From Octopus sinensis (lineage: Eukaryota), in assembly GCF_006345805.1 (NCBI RefSeq), contig NC_043002.1:86180001-86244000 (forward strand): DNA of 64,000 nt, given 5' to 3'. Position numbers and translations under genes: made by a program. The notes under the pieces are model-generated. The model made no database searches. It was not told the DNA's origin and was given only the letters and a program-made list of their open reading frames with translations. Positions 36,697 through 49,634 of this stretch are shown here, piece by piece; positions within the stretch are counted from its first letter, which is position 1; every line of letters begins with the position of its first letter.

Positions 36697-37574
36697 GAAA
36701 GAACATATGAGAGAAAGTTAAGTTGAAGACAGAAATAATATGAACGAGATAAGAGAGATATATTAGGGAGGACTACAATGGGAAGGAAGAAGAGGGATAT
36801 TAGTTTAAGGTTGACAGTTTGTTTTTTGGGGGGTTTTTTCCAAGTCAGTAACTATGACAAGTAGCTTGTTGACAGTAATATCCACACATAAATGATCAGA
36901 ATCAGACTGCTGGCAAGCATACAGATAATAAAAGCACAGATACATAAATATATATACACAAAAACACTACTGGAATATATGCATAACCGTATATGCACAC
37001 ACAAACGAACACAGTATGCATGAACACATGTGCATGTGTGCGTGTGCCTGTAAGTATAAAGTATGACCCATGCAAGCATGGAAAAATCAACATCAAAACG
37101 ATGATGATATCTAATTGTATACAGCAATTCTCATCTTGAGATTATACTTACAGGATAAACCACTCAGACAGAATCTAAATGAAAGATTATCAGGGATTCA
37201 GAGAGACTACACCACATAAACCTCTCAGACAAAGATGAAAGATTGGAAGCTTGTATCAATGACTCAGATATTTGGATGTTGTCCATTAAATATAAACAGT
37301 AAATATATACTAAGACACATCAATAACCATACATTAACTACACTTAAAGTAGAGAAACATAAATGTATCGTGATTTCCAGATTTGCTTTAATAACCACCA
37401 AATACAGGTTGTTGTTAGTGCTGTTGTTTTTATTTTAGCACCAGGACAGCTCTGAGAAGAGCTATGATCAAAGATGTACCAACCATGACCATCCCATTTT
37501 TTCTGCAGATACTGTTTATCTAGGACTATATTTTCCAGTGTGTTCTTTATTTTTTGATGCGGTAGAATATAACA

Positions 37575-37790
37575 GGGCTACAAGCTAGCAGAATCATTAT
37601 CACACTGGGCAAAATGCTTAGCAAGATTTTGTGTGTCTTCATGTTCTGAGTTCAAATTCCACTGAGGTCGACTTTATTTTTCATCTTTTTGGGGTTGGTA
37701 AAATAAGTACCAGTTGGACAATGGAGTCAGTCCAATCAACTTAGCACCTCCCCTGAAATTGCTGGCCTTGTGCGAAAAATTTGAAATCAG
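37575..37790 (+). mobile_element. Meta-core-like SINE (degenerate)
   Basis: ttctgagttcaaattccactgaggtcgac...aaataagtaccag...ggccttgtgcgaaaaatttgaaa. Confidence 0.8.
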
Positions 37791-37972
37791 TATGGTAGAA
37801 TGTACTTTGTGGAAGACTCAAATTTGGTTCTCAGCAGTTGCTTTTGATTGGGGTTTCACAACTCTTTCGGGTTTGTAAATAGTAGTTGGATTGTTACAAG
37901 GTTTCCTCTGGAACATGTATTCTCTCTACTAGAATAAAACAAAGAGGTTGTATACCTTAAACATAGGGAGAT

Positions 37973-38368
37973 ACTCTTTTTACTCTTTTACTTGTTTCAG
38001 TCATTTGACTGCAGCCATGCTGGAGCACCGCTTTTAGTCAAGCAAATCGACCTCAGGACTTATTCTTTGTAAGCCTAGTACTTATTCTATCGGTCTCTTT
38101 TGCCGAACCACTAAGTTATAGGGACATAAACACACCAGCATCGGTTGTCAAGTGATGTTGGGGGGACAAACACAGACACACAAACACACACATACACATA
38201 TATATGATGGGCTTCTTTCAGTTTCCATCTACCAAATTCACTCACAAAGCTTTGGTCGGCCCGAAGCTATAGTAGAAGACACTTGTCCAAGGTGCCATGC
38301 AGTGGGATTGAACCCAGAACCATGTGGTTGGTAAGCAAGCTACTTACCACACAGCCACTCCTGCGCCT
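37973..38368 (-). mobile_element. Full-length CORE-like SINE
   Basis: Reverse complement of the 29430-29815 family. Confidence 0.92.
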
Positions 38369-39409
38369 ATAGGATGACAAGAACACTAAAGTATAGCAAA
38401 CTACTGTCATAGAGGTTCCCTTGTCAGCTTGACAGAGTGTTATTGATCAGTGAGGTTGACTGATTGCAGGCTTTGTCCTTGAAATAAATAATTATTGCCA
38501 ACACAAGTTTACATCAAATTAACAAATTCTACAGCAAGAAAAAAGAGGGGCAATCTGTAACATGAAAAAAAGAAAAACTTTGCTTCACACTCTGCTCCAA
38601 ATCAGTTAGTATAAATTTACTGTATCTTGATTTAAGAATAGATACACTGTGTCCCTGTATGTCATAAGATGTGAGTGAAAGGACTGATGACAGAAGGGCA
38701 ACCAGCTGTAAAACATTGTCTTAGAAAAACCATCCAGCTCATACTTGCATGGAAAAACAGATATCAAATATCGATGGTGAATTTAGTTTGCATAATTAAA
38801 AGAAGCGGGGAAGGATTAAAAAGTACAATTTCATTTAATAATTAATTACCCGCAGTTGAAAATGACTTAGCACTACTAAAAACAAGAAATGAATGAATAA
38901 ATAAATAAATAAGAGAGAGAAAAAAATTAAGAAAGAAAACAAAAGAAGATGCTTAATGTTATCCTGTTTTGTAAGTAGTGATCAGGGAAGACAATGATTT
39001 CAACCATTTGACACTTCAACAGAAAGACACACCTATGATGAGGACTAGGGAATCACAGCTGCTCCTGCTTATACTACACCTTCTGTGTTCCCGAAGCTAT
39101 GGAAGTATCAATATTTCATTGTCAAAATGTTTGAATCCCTGAACACTGTAATGAAAGGCCTGCCATCAATGGCTCTGGGATGTTTAGACCATCAGTAATC
39201 AATAAAAAACCATGACTGTCTATGCAGCACATCAACAAAGAATGCAGTCATGAGGGAGTGAAAGAGACTCACAATTTCCCCCACCCCTACTACACCCTCT
39301 GTGCACCTGAAACTACAGAAATAGTGGTATTTCATTGGTGTAAATGTGCAGAATACTTCAACTGCCATGACAAGTGTAATTGACCTTTTTGCATGAGGTC
39401 TTTTTTCTT

Positions 39410-39824
39410 ATTTTTTTATTGCCCACAAGGAACTAAACATAGAGGGGACAAACAAGGACAGACAAAGGGATTGAGTTGATTACATTGACCCAAGTGCGTA
39501 ACTGGTACTTAATTTATCGACACCGAAAGGATGAAAGGCAAAGTCGACCTCAGTGGAATTTGAACTCAGAATGTAAAGACTGATGAAATACCTATTTCTT
39601 TACTACCCACAAGGGGCTAAACACAGAAGGGACAAACAAGGACAGACACACGGATTAAGTTGATTACATCGACCCCAGTGCGTAACTGGTACTTAATTTA
39701 ACGACCCTGAAAGGATGAAAGGCAAAGTCGACCTCGGCGGAATTTGAACCCAGAACATAACGGCAGACGAAATACGGCTACGCAATTCGCCCGGCGTGCT
39801 AATGTTTCTGCCAGCTCGCCGCCT
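39410..39824 (-). mobile_element. Meta-core-like SINE dimer
   Basis: Full unit 39593-39824 followed by a headless unit 39410-39592; junction gaaataggtatttc on the minus strand. Confidence 0.88.
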
Positions 39825-40542
39825 TAACCTGTATTATATGGCTGCTAGTCCAGCTTGCCAGTCTGTTGTTACATGCACCAGTTGCTGCTGTTGACCTGCT
39901 ACTGCCAACTTTAAAGTTGTGATGATTAAGGTTACTTTCATGAAGGTTTCTTCCATGCCTCATTTGAATGAAATATGGACATGCACACACAGATTCAATG
40001 TGCATATGTACAATTTGGATGGTCAATGAATTTATCCACTCTTTGACAGATCTTGCTTTCCATCTAGCTGGGTGTTCAAAATTACTTCCCTCACCAAGCA
40101 AGCTAGGTGAGGTTGCCAGTGTAGAGATAGATGAACCAACTCTGCAACAAGTTGTACTGGGTTTCACGTTGCTGATGGTACTTTCAAGTGATCTGACCGC
40201 AATTTGATATAGTCAAAAAGACTATAATTCCACTAACACAAATAAAGTGTATTCCACCAACTGAATCTTTCACAACTGCAGTGGGAAAAACTGTTTCATA
40301 AAATAAGGATCAGAAAGATTTTATAGTTAAGAATTATTGGCACAAGATTATATAACATTCAACCGAAAGAGACAAAATATGCTTCTTTGCTTGTTTTGTG
40401 AAGATACAGTGAAAATACAGCCAAACCTAATTGGCTTCCAATAGCATAAATATAAAATAAGGTCCTGGAATAAAATCCATTACTTCTTGCAAAACTATAA
40501 ACATACTTAATCTAGTGAGACAATATATTTTTATTGATAAAT

Positions 40543-40931
40543 AGGCGCAGGAGTGGCTGTGTGGTAAGTAGCTTGCTAAACAGCCACATGATTCCGGGTT
40601 CAGTCCCACTGCATGGCATCTTGGGCAAGTGTCTTCTGCTATAGCCCCGGGCCGACCAATGCTTTGTGAGTGGATTTGGTAGACGGAAACTGAAAGAAGC
40701 CTGTCGTATATATGTATATATATGTGCACGTGTGTGTGTGTTTGTCCCCCTAGTATTGCTTGACAACCAATACTGGTGTGTTTACGTCCCCGTCACTTGG
40801 CGGTTCGGCAAAAGAGACTGATAGAATAAGTACTGGGCTTACAAAGAATAAGTCCCGGGGTCGATTTGCTTGACTAAAGGCGGTGCTTCAGCATGGCTGC
40901 AGTCAAATGACTGAAACAAGTAAAAGAGAGT
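40543..40931 (+). mobile_element. Full-length CORE-like SINE
   Basis: Same family as 29430-29815. Confidence 0.92.
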
Positions 40932-40949
40932 AAATATTAAAATCAGAGG

Positions 40950-41391
40950 AAGGCGGTGAGCCGGCAGAAACATTAGCATGCCAGGTGAAATGCTTAGCAG
41001 TATTTCGTCAGTCTTTACATTCTGAGTTCAAATTCCACTGAGGTCAACTTTGCCTCTCATCCTTTCAGGGTCAATAAATTAAGTACCAGTTGCATACTGG
41101 GATTGATCTAATCGACTAGCCCCTCCCCCAAAATTTTGGGCCTTGTGCCTAGAGTAGAAAAGAATATTAAAACCAGAGGGAAAGGGGTGAGCTGGCAGAA
41201 TTAGCATGCCAGTCAAAATGCTTAGTGACATTTCATCCATCTTTGCATTCTGAGTTCAAATTCCACTGAGATTGACTTTGCTTTTCCTCCTTTCAGGGTC
41301 AATGAAATAAGTACAAGTTGAGCACTGAGGGTGATGTAATCGATTAACACTCTCCCCCGAAATTACTGGCCTTGTGCCAAAAGTTGAAACC
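40950..41391 (+). mobile_element. Two Meta-core-like SINEs of different tail subtypes in tandem
   Basis: Units about 40950-41162 and 41180-41391, bounded by three copies of aatatta(a/c)aa(t/c)cagagg. Confidence 0.85.
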
Positions 41392-41579
41392 AATATTACA
41401 ATCAGAGGTCATTCTGTCAGTTGTGTTACTCATTTTTGCATAGCTGAGTGAAGTAAAACGACTTGCTCAAGTATACAAAATACCTACAAGACCTGTAACT
41501 AAACCCACAACTTTACGATCAATAGTTCACTTGCTTAACTACTAGGCTACATACCTTTTCAATAGTATTTTAAATCTAT

Positions 41580-42149
41580 AAGGCAGCGAGCTGGCAGAAA
41601 CGTTAGCACGCCGGGCGAAATGCGTAGCCGTATTTCGTCTGCCGTTACATTCTGAGTTCAAATTCCGCCAAGGTCGACTTTGCCTTTCATCCTTTCGGGG
41701 TCAATAAATTAAGTACCAGTAACACACTAGGGTCGATGTAATCGACTTAATCCGTGTGTCTGTCCTTGTTTGTCCATTCTGTGTTTAGCCCCTTGTGGGT
41801 AGTAAAAAAATAGGTATTTCGTCTGTCTTTACATTCTGAGTTCAAATTCCACCGAGGTCGATAAATTAAGTACCAGTAACACACTGGGGTCGATGTAATC
41901 GACTTAATCCGTCTGTCTGTCCTTGTTTGTTGCTTCTGTGTTTAGCCCCTTGTGGGTAGTAAAGAAATAGGTATTTCGTTTGTCTTTACATTCTGAGTTC
42001 AAATTCCACCGAGGTCGACTTTGCCTTTCATCCTTTCGGGGTCGATAAATTAAGTACCAGTAACGCACTGGGGTCGATGTAATCAACTTAATCCGTTTGT
42101 CTGTCCTTGTTTGTCCCCTCTGTGTTTAGCCCCTTGTGGGTAGTAAATA
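41580..42149 (+). mobile_element. Meta-core-like SINE trimer with a single 16-bp TSD
   Basis: Units 41580-41812, 41813-41969 and 41970-42149; TSD agtattttaaatctat at 41564-41579 and 42150-42165. Confidence 0.92.
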
Positions 42150-42859
42150 AGTATTTTAAATCTATGAACAGAACAGTAAATCAAATGACAAGCAAAGACT
42201 GATAAATCAAAGGACAAATGGAAATGTCAAGTAGCTCCAAAAATTTAAGATACTTATTTTTTCACTGTTAAAGAATGACAAAGAGTAACAAAGAAAATAT
42301 GCATCACATATACAAACAACTGAACTTGAGTGATAAAGTAATTATAAAAATGGACCGTCATCATCATTTTTTACATCCATTTTTTCCATTCTCATGATGG
42401 GTTATATGAGATTTATCGAGGCAGTATTCTACAACCAGATACCCTTCTTGTCATCAACCCTTTGCTATTTTTTGAGTAAAGTACTTTTTATTCCACAGGA
42501 TTTCACACATCAAAACCAACATGCTACAAGAAGGGAGATATAAGCATAACATTGTTGTCACCTAAACAATGCTAATGAGAAGAAATTCAGAAAATACCCG
42601 TGCACACACACACATACATATACATACATGACAGACTTCTGTGCAACTTTTTGTCTACCAACTTTACTCATATAGTATTAGTCAGCCCAAGATGATAGCA
42701 AAAACACTTGCCCAAGTGCCATGGAACCAGAAACCACGTGGTTTCAAAGAAAACTTTTTAACCATATAACTTTGTATTCACCTATACAAATTCAAATGCA
42801 GTTTCCATAATTTATTTACAATACAAGCACAAGCAAAATTACAGATAGGTATTATACTG

Positions 42860-43167
42860 AACCCTTCTCTCATACTTTTACTTCTCTCATCTCTTAACCC
42901 CTCATCTTGTTGCCTTTTCAAGGTCCATGGCTTTGCAGTTTTCATGGTGGATTTATTAGTGCTGGTGGCATGGAAAAAATGCACAATACATGCTGTGAAA
43001 TGGTTGGTATTAGGAAAGACATCCAGCCATAGAAACCACACCGAAGCAGACACTGGTACATGATACAGTTCTTAGGCCCATCAGATTCTGTCAAACTGTG
43101 CAACCTATGTGAGTATGGAACACGGATGTTAAATTATGATGATGATAATGATGACGATGATGATGAT
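42860..43167 (+). mobile_element. Degenerate retroposon of the (GAT)n-tailed family
   Basis: ggtattaggaagacatccagccatagaaacc...gatgat tail. Confidence 0.65.
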
Positions 43168-44078
43168 ATTATATTAGAATGTATTTTGGAATTCTGGTAT
43201 ATAAGAGAAAAAATATATCCGTATACTTCTCAGAAGAAAGTATAAATTTGAACAGATAAACATCACAACCAAAGTGTGAACTACAAACATCTGCAAGGAA
43301 AAAATTTCCAAGACAGTTCAATTAACAAAGAAAGCACAAGAAAAAAGATTATTCTAAAAATGTGAAAAAATATCATCCGTTTATTTGCTGGAGATTTACT
43401 ACCATAAAATTAGCTATAGTGGTTGAGTTATTGATGAAATGACAGAGGTATGAAATAAACTGACATGCCCTTTTTTCTCCATGAGCAGTTCTTGGCACCA
43501 AAATAAGGAAAGATTAAATTCTCATATTTAACATGTATGTATGTAAAAAAAAAAATAAGATAAAATAAAATGAAATAAAAAATGAAATAATTAATATAAA
43601 ACACATAGTCCAATGTAAAAGTCTGGCATGAACATTGGTAAGTATGCAGCATTTTACCTTGAATGTTATTGCTATGTAACCCAGAAGCTAGACACCCAAG
43701 AGAGAATTATAAAATAAAAATATATAAATAAGCAAAAACCAATAATGAATTTTGGTATTGAGCAATCAGTCTTGAAACTGTTAAGCATAGTAATAATATA
43801 TATTGGATATTACTTCTCAATGTAACCCAATAAGATTGTAGGAACAAACTAGAATCAAATGTGATAAAAGTAAATAAAACAATGCATTAGTCATGCTAAA
43901 TAGGGATCCAACATCCATTGAATGCATGAGGCTGTAAAAATAATAACTCCCATGTAGTAGCTTCACAGAGCAAAATTTATTTTTTCCCACTTCCAACTGA
44001 TATTATAATTTCAAGATTTTGTTTTCAAAATGAGAAATGAAAAAAAAAAAAAAGAAATATGGTTTAAATGCTAAAGGG

Positions 44079-44290
44079 TTAACCCTTCAGCTTTTAAATG
44101 GGCCATATCCAGCTCAAATATTCTACCTGTTTTGTGCTCAAACTGGCTAGATCTGGCCTCCACATCTACCCTACGATGTCACTCTAAAAATAAACAATCA
44201 CATCATCAGAATCTGAAAGCTACAAGATAATGTATGATTAATTGAAAACAATGTAAATAAATAAGTATTACATCTGACAGAGTAATCTGA
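44079..44290. mobile_element. piggyBac-like MITE family B, right end truncated
   Basis: Homologous to 7638-7856; ends at gagtaatctga where a CR1 fragment begins. Confidence 0.8.
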
Positions 44291-44291
44291 G

Positions 44292-44921
44292 AGCCACTCT
44301 CCGGCTATCTATCTGAGGCTTTATATAGCGATGGTGCGACCTCACCTGGAACTGGCATCACCAGTCTGGAGCCCCTATCTTGCCCAGGATATTAATCGTC
44401 TGGAAACCATTCAGCGACGTGCAACCAAGAGAATACCCTCCATCAGGCATTTGCCATATTCTGAATGCCTTACTTCCCTGGGCATGGATACATTGAAACT
44501 CTGACGTCTGGCAGCTGACTTGGCAGACACCTATAAAATTATTAACCATCTTACCAACAATAACTCTGAGCACCTTTTCAAACTCCACCTGTCTAACACC
44601 CGTGGACATGTTTACAAAGTCAGAAAACAGCACAGCTCCCATGACTTTTGGAAATATTTTTTCACGCTAAGAGTTGCTGAAGTATGGAACAAACTGCCGG
44701 CATCAGTTGTTAGTTGTCAGAGAACTGCATCCTTCAAAACTTCTATGCTTCTTGAGATTCGCCAACACTGATTTTCTCCCCTCCATACACACACAAGCAT
44801 GTATCTGACTAATACATTGTTCACTTTCCAGACATTTGTACATTACTGCATATGTTTTATATGCACTTTTGACAAGTTGTGGTGCACCTGAGCACTGTAT
44901 ACAATAATTTCATTATTATTA
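44292..44921 (+). mobile_element. CR1-clade LINE 3' fragment
   Basis: LYIAMVRPHLELASPVWSPY...LETIQRRATK then the same C-terminus and 3' UTR as 6323-6793. Confidence 0.92.
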
Positions 44922-45954
44922 TAGTAAGACACCAGGCAAAATGCTTAGGGACATTGTGTCCATCTTTACATTCTACATTCAAATTCTGCTGAGATCAACT
45001 TTGCCTTTCATCCTTTCAGATGAGTACTGAAATTGCTGGCCTTGTGCCAAAATTTGAAACCAAATACACAGATACACCTGACTTCTATATATTAAATATC
45101 AACAAAAGGGATAAAAATAAAAGATATAAACAAGACATCATATCATTTTAATTTATTCTGTAGTGTCTTTACAGAACACTGGTTTGTAGACTCAATAAAT
45201 GAAGTGATGGATCCTGTCCGTAACTCGTTTCCTTAATATTTCAGATGAACAGACGAAAGAGCTTGTGGCTTTTTGTATAACAAAATCTGTAAGACTTGTC
45301 TGGAATGCTATGCCATCACTTTTTTTTTTTCTGAGTACAAGAAATTGATCAATACTTCTACTTGTAAAGAGACAACAGTATGCTTTAGTAGCGTGTTGAG
45401 ATGTATAATTATGACATGCTTTGTGCCTGCTTGTCTTTTATCTGGAAATATGATGAAGCAAATTGAACAAGATTTTATTCTCTTAATGCTATTTGAAGTG
45501 AGTGTAAATAATTGCTAATATTTTTACTTGTATTGACGTTTCAAGACAGCAACATGTTTTTTCAAAATTTATTGTTAGTGTACAGGTATGGCTGTGCAGT
45601 TGATAAGTTCACTTTGCAATAATGTTGACTATGTATTCAGTCCCATTACACAGTACCTTATGCATTTTGTACTATAGCCCCAAAGCAACTAGTGTTTTGT
45701 GAGAGAATTTGGTTAGATAGAAACTACAGGAGGCCCACCGTGTGTGCCTGTATATGTGTGTATTTATATGTGTGCACTTATAAGACAGACAGACAAACAG
45801 ACACATAGTTTGTTTAATATCCATTTTTCCATGGATTCAAAGCAGTAGTTTACAGATGGGTGTAATTTCTGTTATCAACCCTACCTGTTTTTCAAGTAAG
45901 GGATTTTTTCTTCCAAGAGTCTTTGAAAGCACACAGTGTCCCGGCTTCATGTCA

Positions 45955-46330
45955 ACAAGGAATGTTGGTATTCCGACCCATTGACTCATGTAGTGTGAAA
46001 GCAGGGAATTTTTGTTTTGTTTTCTTTCGTTCCATTTTCTTACTGAGTCTGGAGGAATGGGTAGATTCTATGGCTCTTACAGATCCTCCATGATTGGCAA
46101 GATTAATGTTGTTAATGCCCTGTTTAAATTGTTGCAGATCAACTCCTGCAGGAAAGATTTGGGCAAGGAAAGGATTCCAGTGGGATGGTTTTTTTGTGGG
46201 GGAAGAAGGATTGGATATAGAGATCAGTACAGGGGAAAAGGGGTTGGATGTAACACGAGTAATGCGAGATAGAGAAGCAAGTGGGTCAAGAATACCTGAG
46301 TGAGGAGGTGCAAGACCAACCAGCCCTGCA
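45955..46330 (-). mobile_element. Degenerate L2/CR1-group LINE C-terminal fragment
   Basis: RITRVTSNPF...HWNPFLAQIFPAGVDLQQFKQGIN (cf. WNxLPxxVFP..DLQxFKxxVN). Confidence 0.6.
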
Positions 46331-47148
46331 CATTTACACACATACATATATACTGTTATCATTTAAATATTTAGCATCCATGTTCCATGCTGGCATGAAC
46401 TGGATGGTTCAACAGGATCCAGCAAGCTGGAAAACTGCACTTAACTCCAATGTCTGCTATATGTCTATACATACATACAAACACACACACACATGAGTGT
46501 GTGTGTAAGTGTGTGCAAGCAAATGTTGAGTGAAACAGTGATAATGTTGACATTCCTTATTGACATTATGACTGGTCATTCTGTACCTCTGGACACTTAG
46601 AATAAAATGTCCATTACTTGAACAACAGTAAGGGTCGACAACAAGGGTATCCATTCATAAAATCCTGCCTTAATTAACTTCTCATTTAATCCATGCTGGT
46701 ATGGAAAAATGGATGTTAAACAGACAAAGGAAATCTGGTATAGTACTGAGTTAATCATGCCTTAAATCACAGCGGTTCCAAAGTATTAATAAACAATAAA
46801 AAGGGATTACTGTCCCTGTCTGATGTTATGTGACATTGCCTTTTAAATAACCAAAATGTTGTGGATTATGCATGAAGATTTTGCTGTTGTAATAATATTG
46901 AAGTAATTGATATTTGCTCTTTTGAATCATAAGTTTGAATAACATTTTAGCTAGCTTATTTTACTGTGATGTCAGCTAAAGATGCTGTCATGTGGTACCA
47001 AGAGGGTTTTTTTTCCCACCAAATACACTATGCAGTTAAAAATAAATCAGTTGCAGACAAGACACATATGAGGAATGACATTGTGAATGAACTCCCTTAG
47101 TCACTGAGTATAGTATTGAAACTTACATTATAATCAGGTAGTTAGGTG

Positions 47149-47369
47149 TATGAGGGGATGCCAAAAAGTTCCTGACTTTAAGGGTATCATGAAAGGCCTC
47201 ATTAGAGGCCCAACTTTTCGAGTTCTTTTACAGAGCTTAGAAAACTGAAGGATTGCTGCAATAAGTGTGTGAATCTGAGAGGGGGATATATTGTATAAAA
47301 TCATAATTAACTGATCCTCCTGTATTTTCTGTTACCCAAAGCCAAGAACTTTTCAGCACCCCTCTCATA
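47149..47369 (+). mobile_element. Mariner deletion derivative (MITE)
   Basis: Imperfect ~30-bp TIRs tatgaggggatgccaaaaagttcctgactt vs the reverse complement of the right end; TA ends; internal KLKDCCNKCVNLRGGYIV* is the mariner C-terminus. Confidence 0.85.
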
Positions 47370-47499
47370 AATATCTATTTTTACTGTCACTGTATGCACT
47401 TATAATTCTTACAACTGTAACTAACATGAAATGGTGTATACCTTTTAGCCACCCAGAAAAGAAAAAAAGAAATACATTTTTGCTAGCTTCTCTAAGTGT

Positions 47500-47900
47500 A
47501 CTACCACAGCACACAAAAGATTAAGAGACCTATTGACAAGGAGGTTAACACATGACCACAGGCTTTTTAAAACTCATTTTGAATCAGACAGCTTTGCAAG
47601 CATTACAGAAGTGATTCATAAACAGCTTTATTTGAATCTCAGAATCTGTCACTATATTACAACTATCTGCATATAAGAGATTCCTGATCAGGACAGTTGA
47701 TACTTTTGTTGAAGATAAAAGGCTCTATAACTTACAATTAACCTTTGCCTTCATGAAAGCAATAAATTTTGCAAAGGGACCCAATCTTCATAAAATCTTC
47801 TCCATCTCCTTGTTAACATTATCAATTGCATTATAGCAGTCAATAAAGCCGTGATATAATGTCATGTTCTCTTCTCTCTACATTTCTCTTGAAACTGAGT
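47500..47900 (-). mobile_element. Degenerate RTE-clade reverse transcriptase remnant
   Basis: REENMTLYHGFIDCYNAIDNV...RLGPFAKFI and LLYADSCNIVTDSE...MSFKKPVVM match RTE RT motifs. Confidence 0.7.
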
Positions 47901-49125
47901 CTTTTAAACATATCACAAAATATTACATTACCAAAAAGTTTGAAAATAAAATTGTAGATGGAAATGGCATGATAATGATACTTTACTGAGAAGGTACTCA
48001 TGTATGAATATGTTTATAGTAAACTTTATGCTAAGAACTTTTTGAGTAAGGCAAGGAGTTTCAGATAGGACAAAGGGAAGATATAACTGTACTATACTAA
48101 TCTCTTAAGTTTTATGCTTTTCACAGCCAAAGGAATGCACAGCAGAGAAGGCTATATATTCAGGGTTTTCCCTCTTATATAGGTTGTCCCCCGCCAAATG
48201 CTAAGGAGCCCTATCTACAACACTTCTAGATTGATGTTCTGACAAGAACTAGGGATCCATCTCTGCCAAAGTGATCTTACAAAGTACCCATCTCTTCTCA
48301 AGTACTTCTATGTCCCTAAGCACAATTGTGAGGTAGCTATTGACCCTGTGCTGAGTTCATCTATACATTCATAACAGGCTCCTACACAGTTTTTCTACAA
48401 CCTGCAGCTAAAATAGGAGACACATGTCAAAAGTGCTGTGCATTTGAGATCAAATTCAGAAATGTGTTGTTGTGAAGCAAACATTTTCTTTTGCTGAGTG
48501 TTGAACCAGCAAAAGAACCATGGTCTAACTATATTGCAATAAAAATAAAAGCCCAGCTATTTGAAATTAACTGTATTGCCATGAAAAGCATTAACATTTA
48601 CATGAACAAGTTCCAGCCAATGAGATCAGGTGGTGTGCAGCCAAATAGTTGTAGACTTGAAAGTAGGTTTTGAGAATTTCCCTACTAAATAGTTCTATTG
48701 AAGATTCTAGAAGTTTTGACTGAATGTTATAAAAGCTGAGATACTGAACTACCAAATAAAACACCCTCAGGTGCTACACAGAACTCAGTTCTGTGATAAG
48801 ATGTTCTCATTTCTTCTACTTATTTTGCCTTCAATAATCATGAACAAATTTCATATAAATAACTAAAATATTTTACACAATGAAGACTTATAATTGTCAC
48901 ATTTGCTATCTCTGTATGCTGTTTTGTTCAAATAATTGTAATACAGATGTCAATGCAGTAATTAAATATACATATGTAAATGCAAAGAATAAAAAAATAC
49001 GGAAACTTATGAAAAATATTAGTGAGAATATTCTCATCTTCAGATGTAACCAACCTCATATTGTGTACTACCAACAGTAAATTTATGACTAAGATGCACT
49101 AAAATGCTAAACTTCTTTACTATGA

Positions 49126-49347
49126 TTTACTCTTTTACTTGTTTCAGTCATTTGGCTGTTGCCATGCTAGAACACAGCCTTTATAGTCGTGCAAATTGAC
49201 TCCAGGACTTATTCTTTGTAAGCCTAGTACTTATTCTATCGGTCATTTTGCCGAACCGCTAAGTTACGGGGACGTAAACACACCAACATCGGTTGTCAAG
49301 CAATGTTGGGGGGACAAACACAGACACACAAACATATACACACACAC

Positions 49348-49378
<31 letters not shown>

Positions 49379-49488
49379 GGCGTAGGAGTGGCTGTGTGGT
49401 AAGTAGCTTGCTTACCAACCGCATGGTTCCAGGTACAGTCCCACTGCATGGCACCTTGGGCAAGTGTCTTCTACTATAGCCTCGGGCC
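49126..49488. mobile_element. CORE-like SINE with 5' part inverted relative to 3' part
   Basis: 3' half on minus (49126 to about 49350), TA tract, then the head on plus (49378-49488) truncated at gggcc. Confidence 0.85.
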
Positions 49489-49634
49489 ATCCTGTTGCAA
49501 GTAATGACTCAGGCCTTTAAAGTGAAGGCACCATTCTCCCCCCTCTTACTGAAAGGTAGCGAGCACTGTGTTCTCTACTTCCTAAAAAGATTTTTTTAAA
49601 TACGTACATTCTTAGCAAAGCATGTATCCATGAT

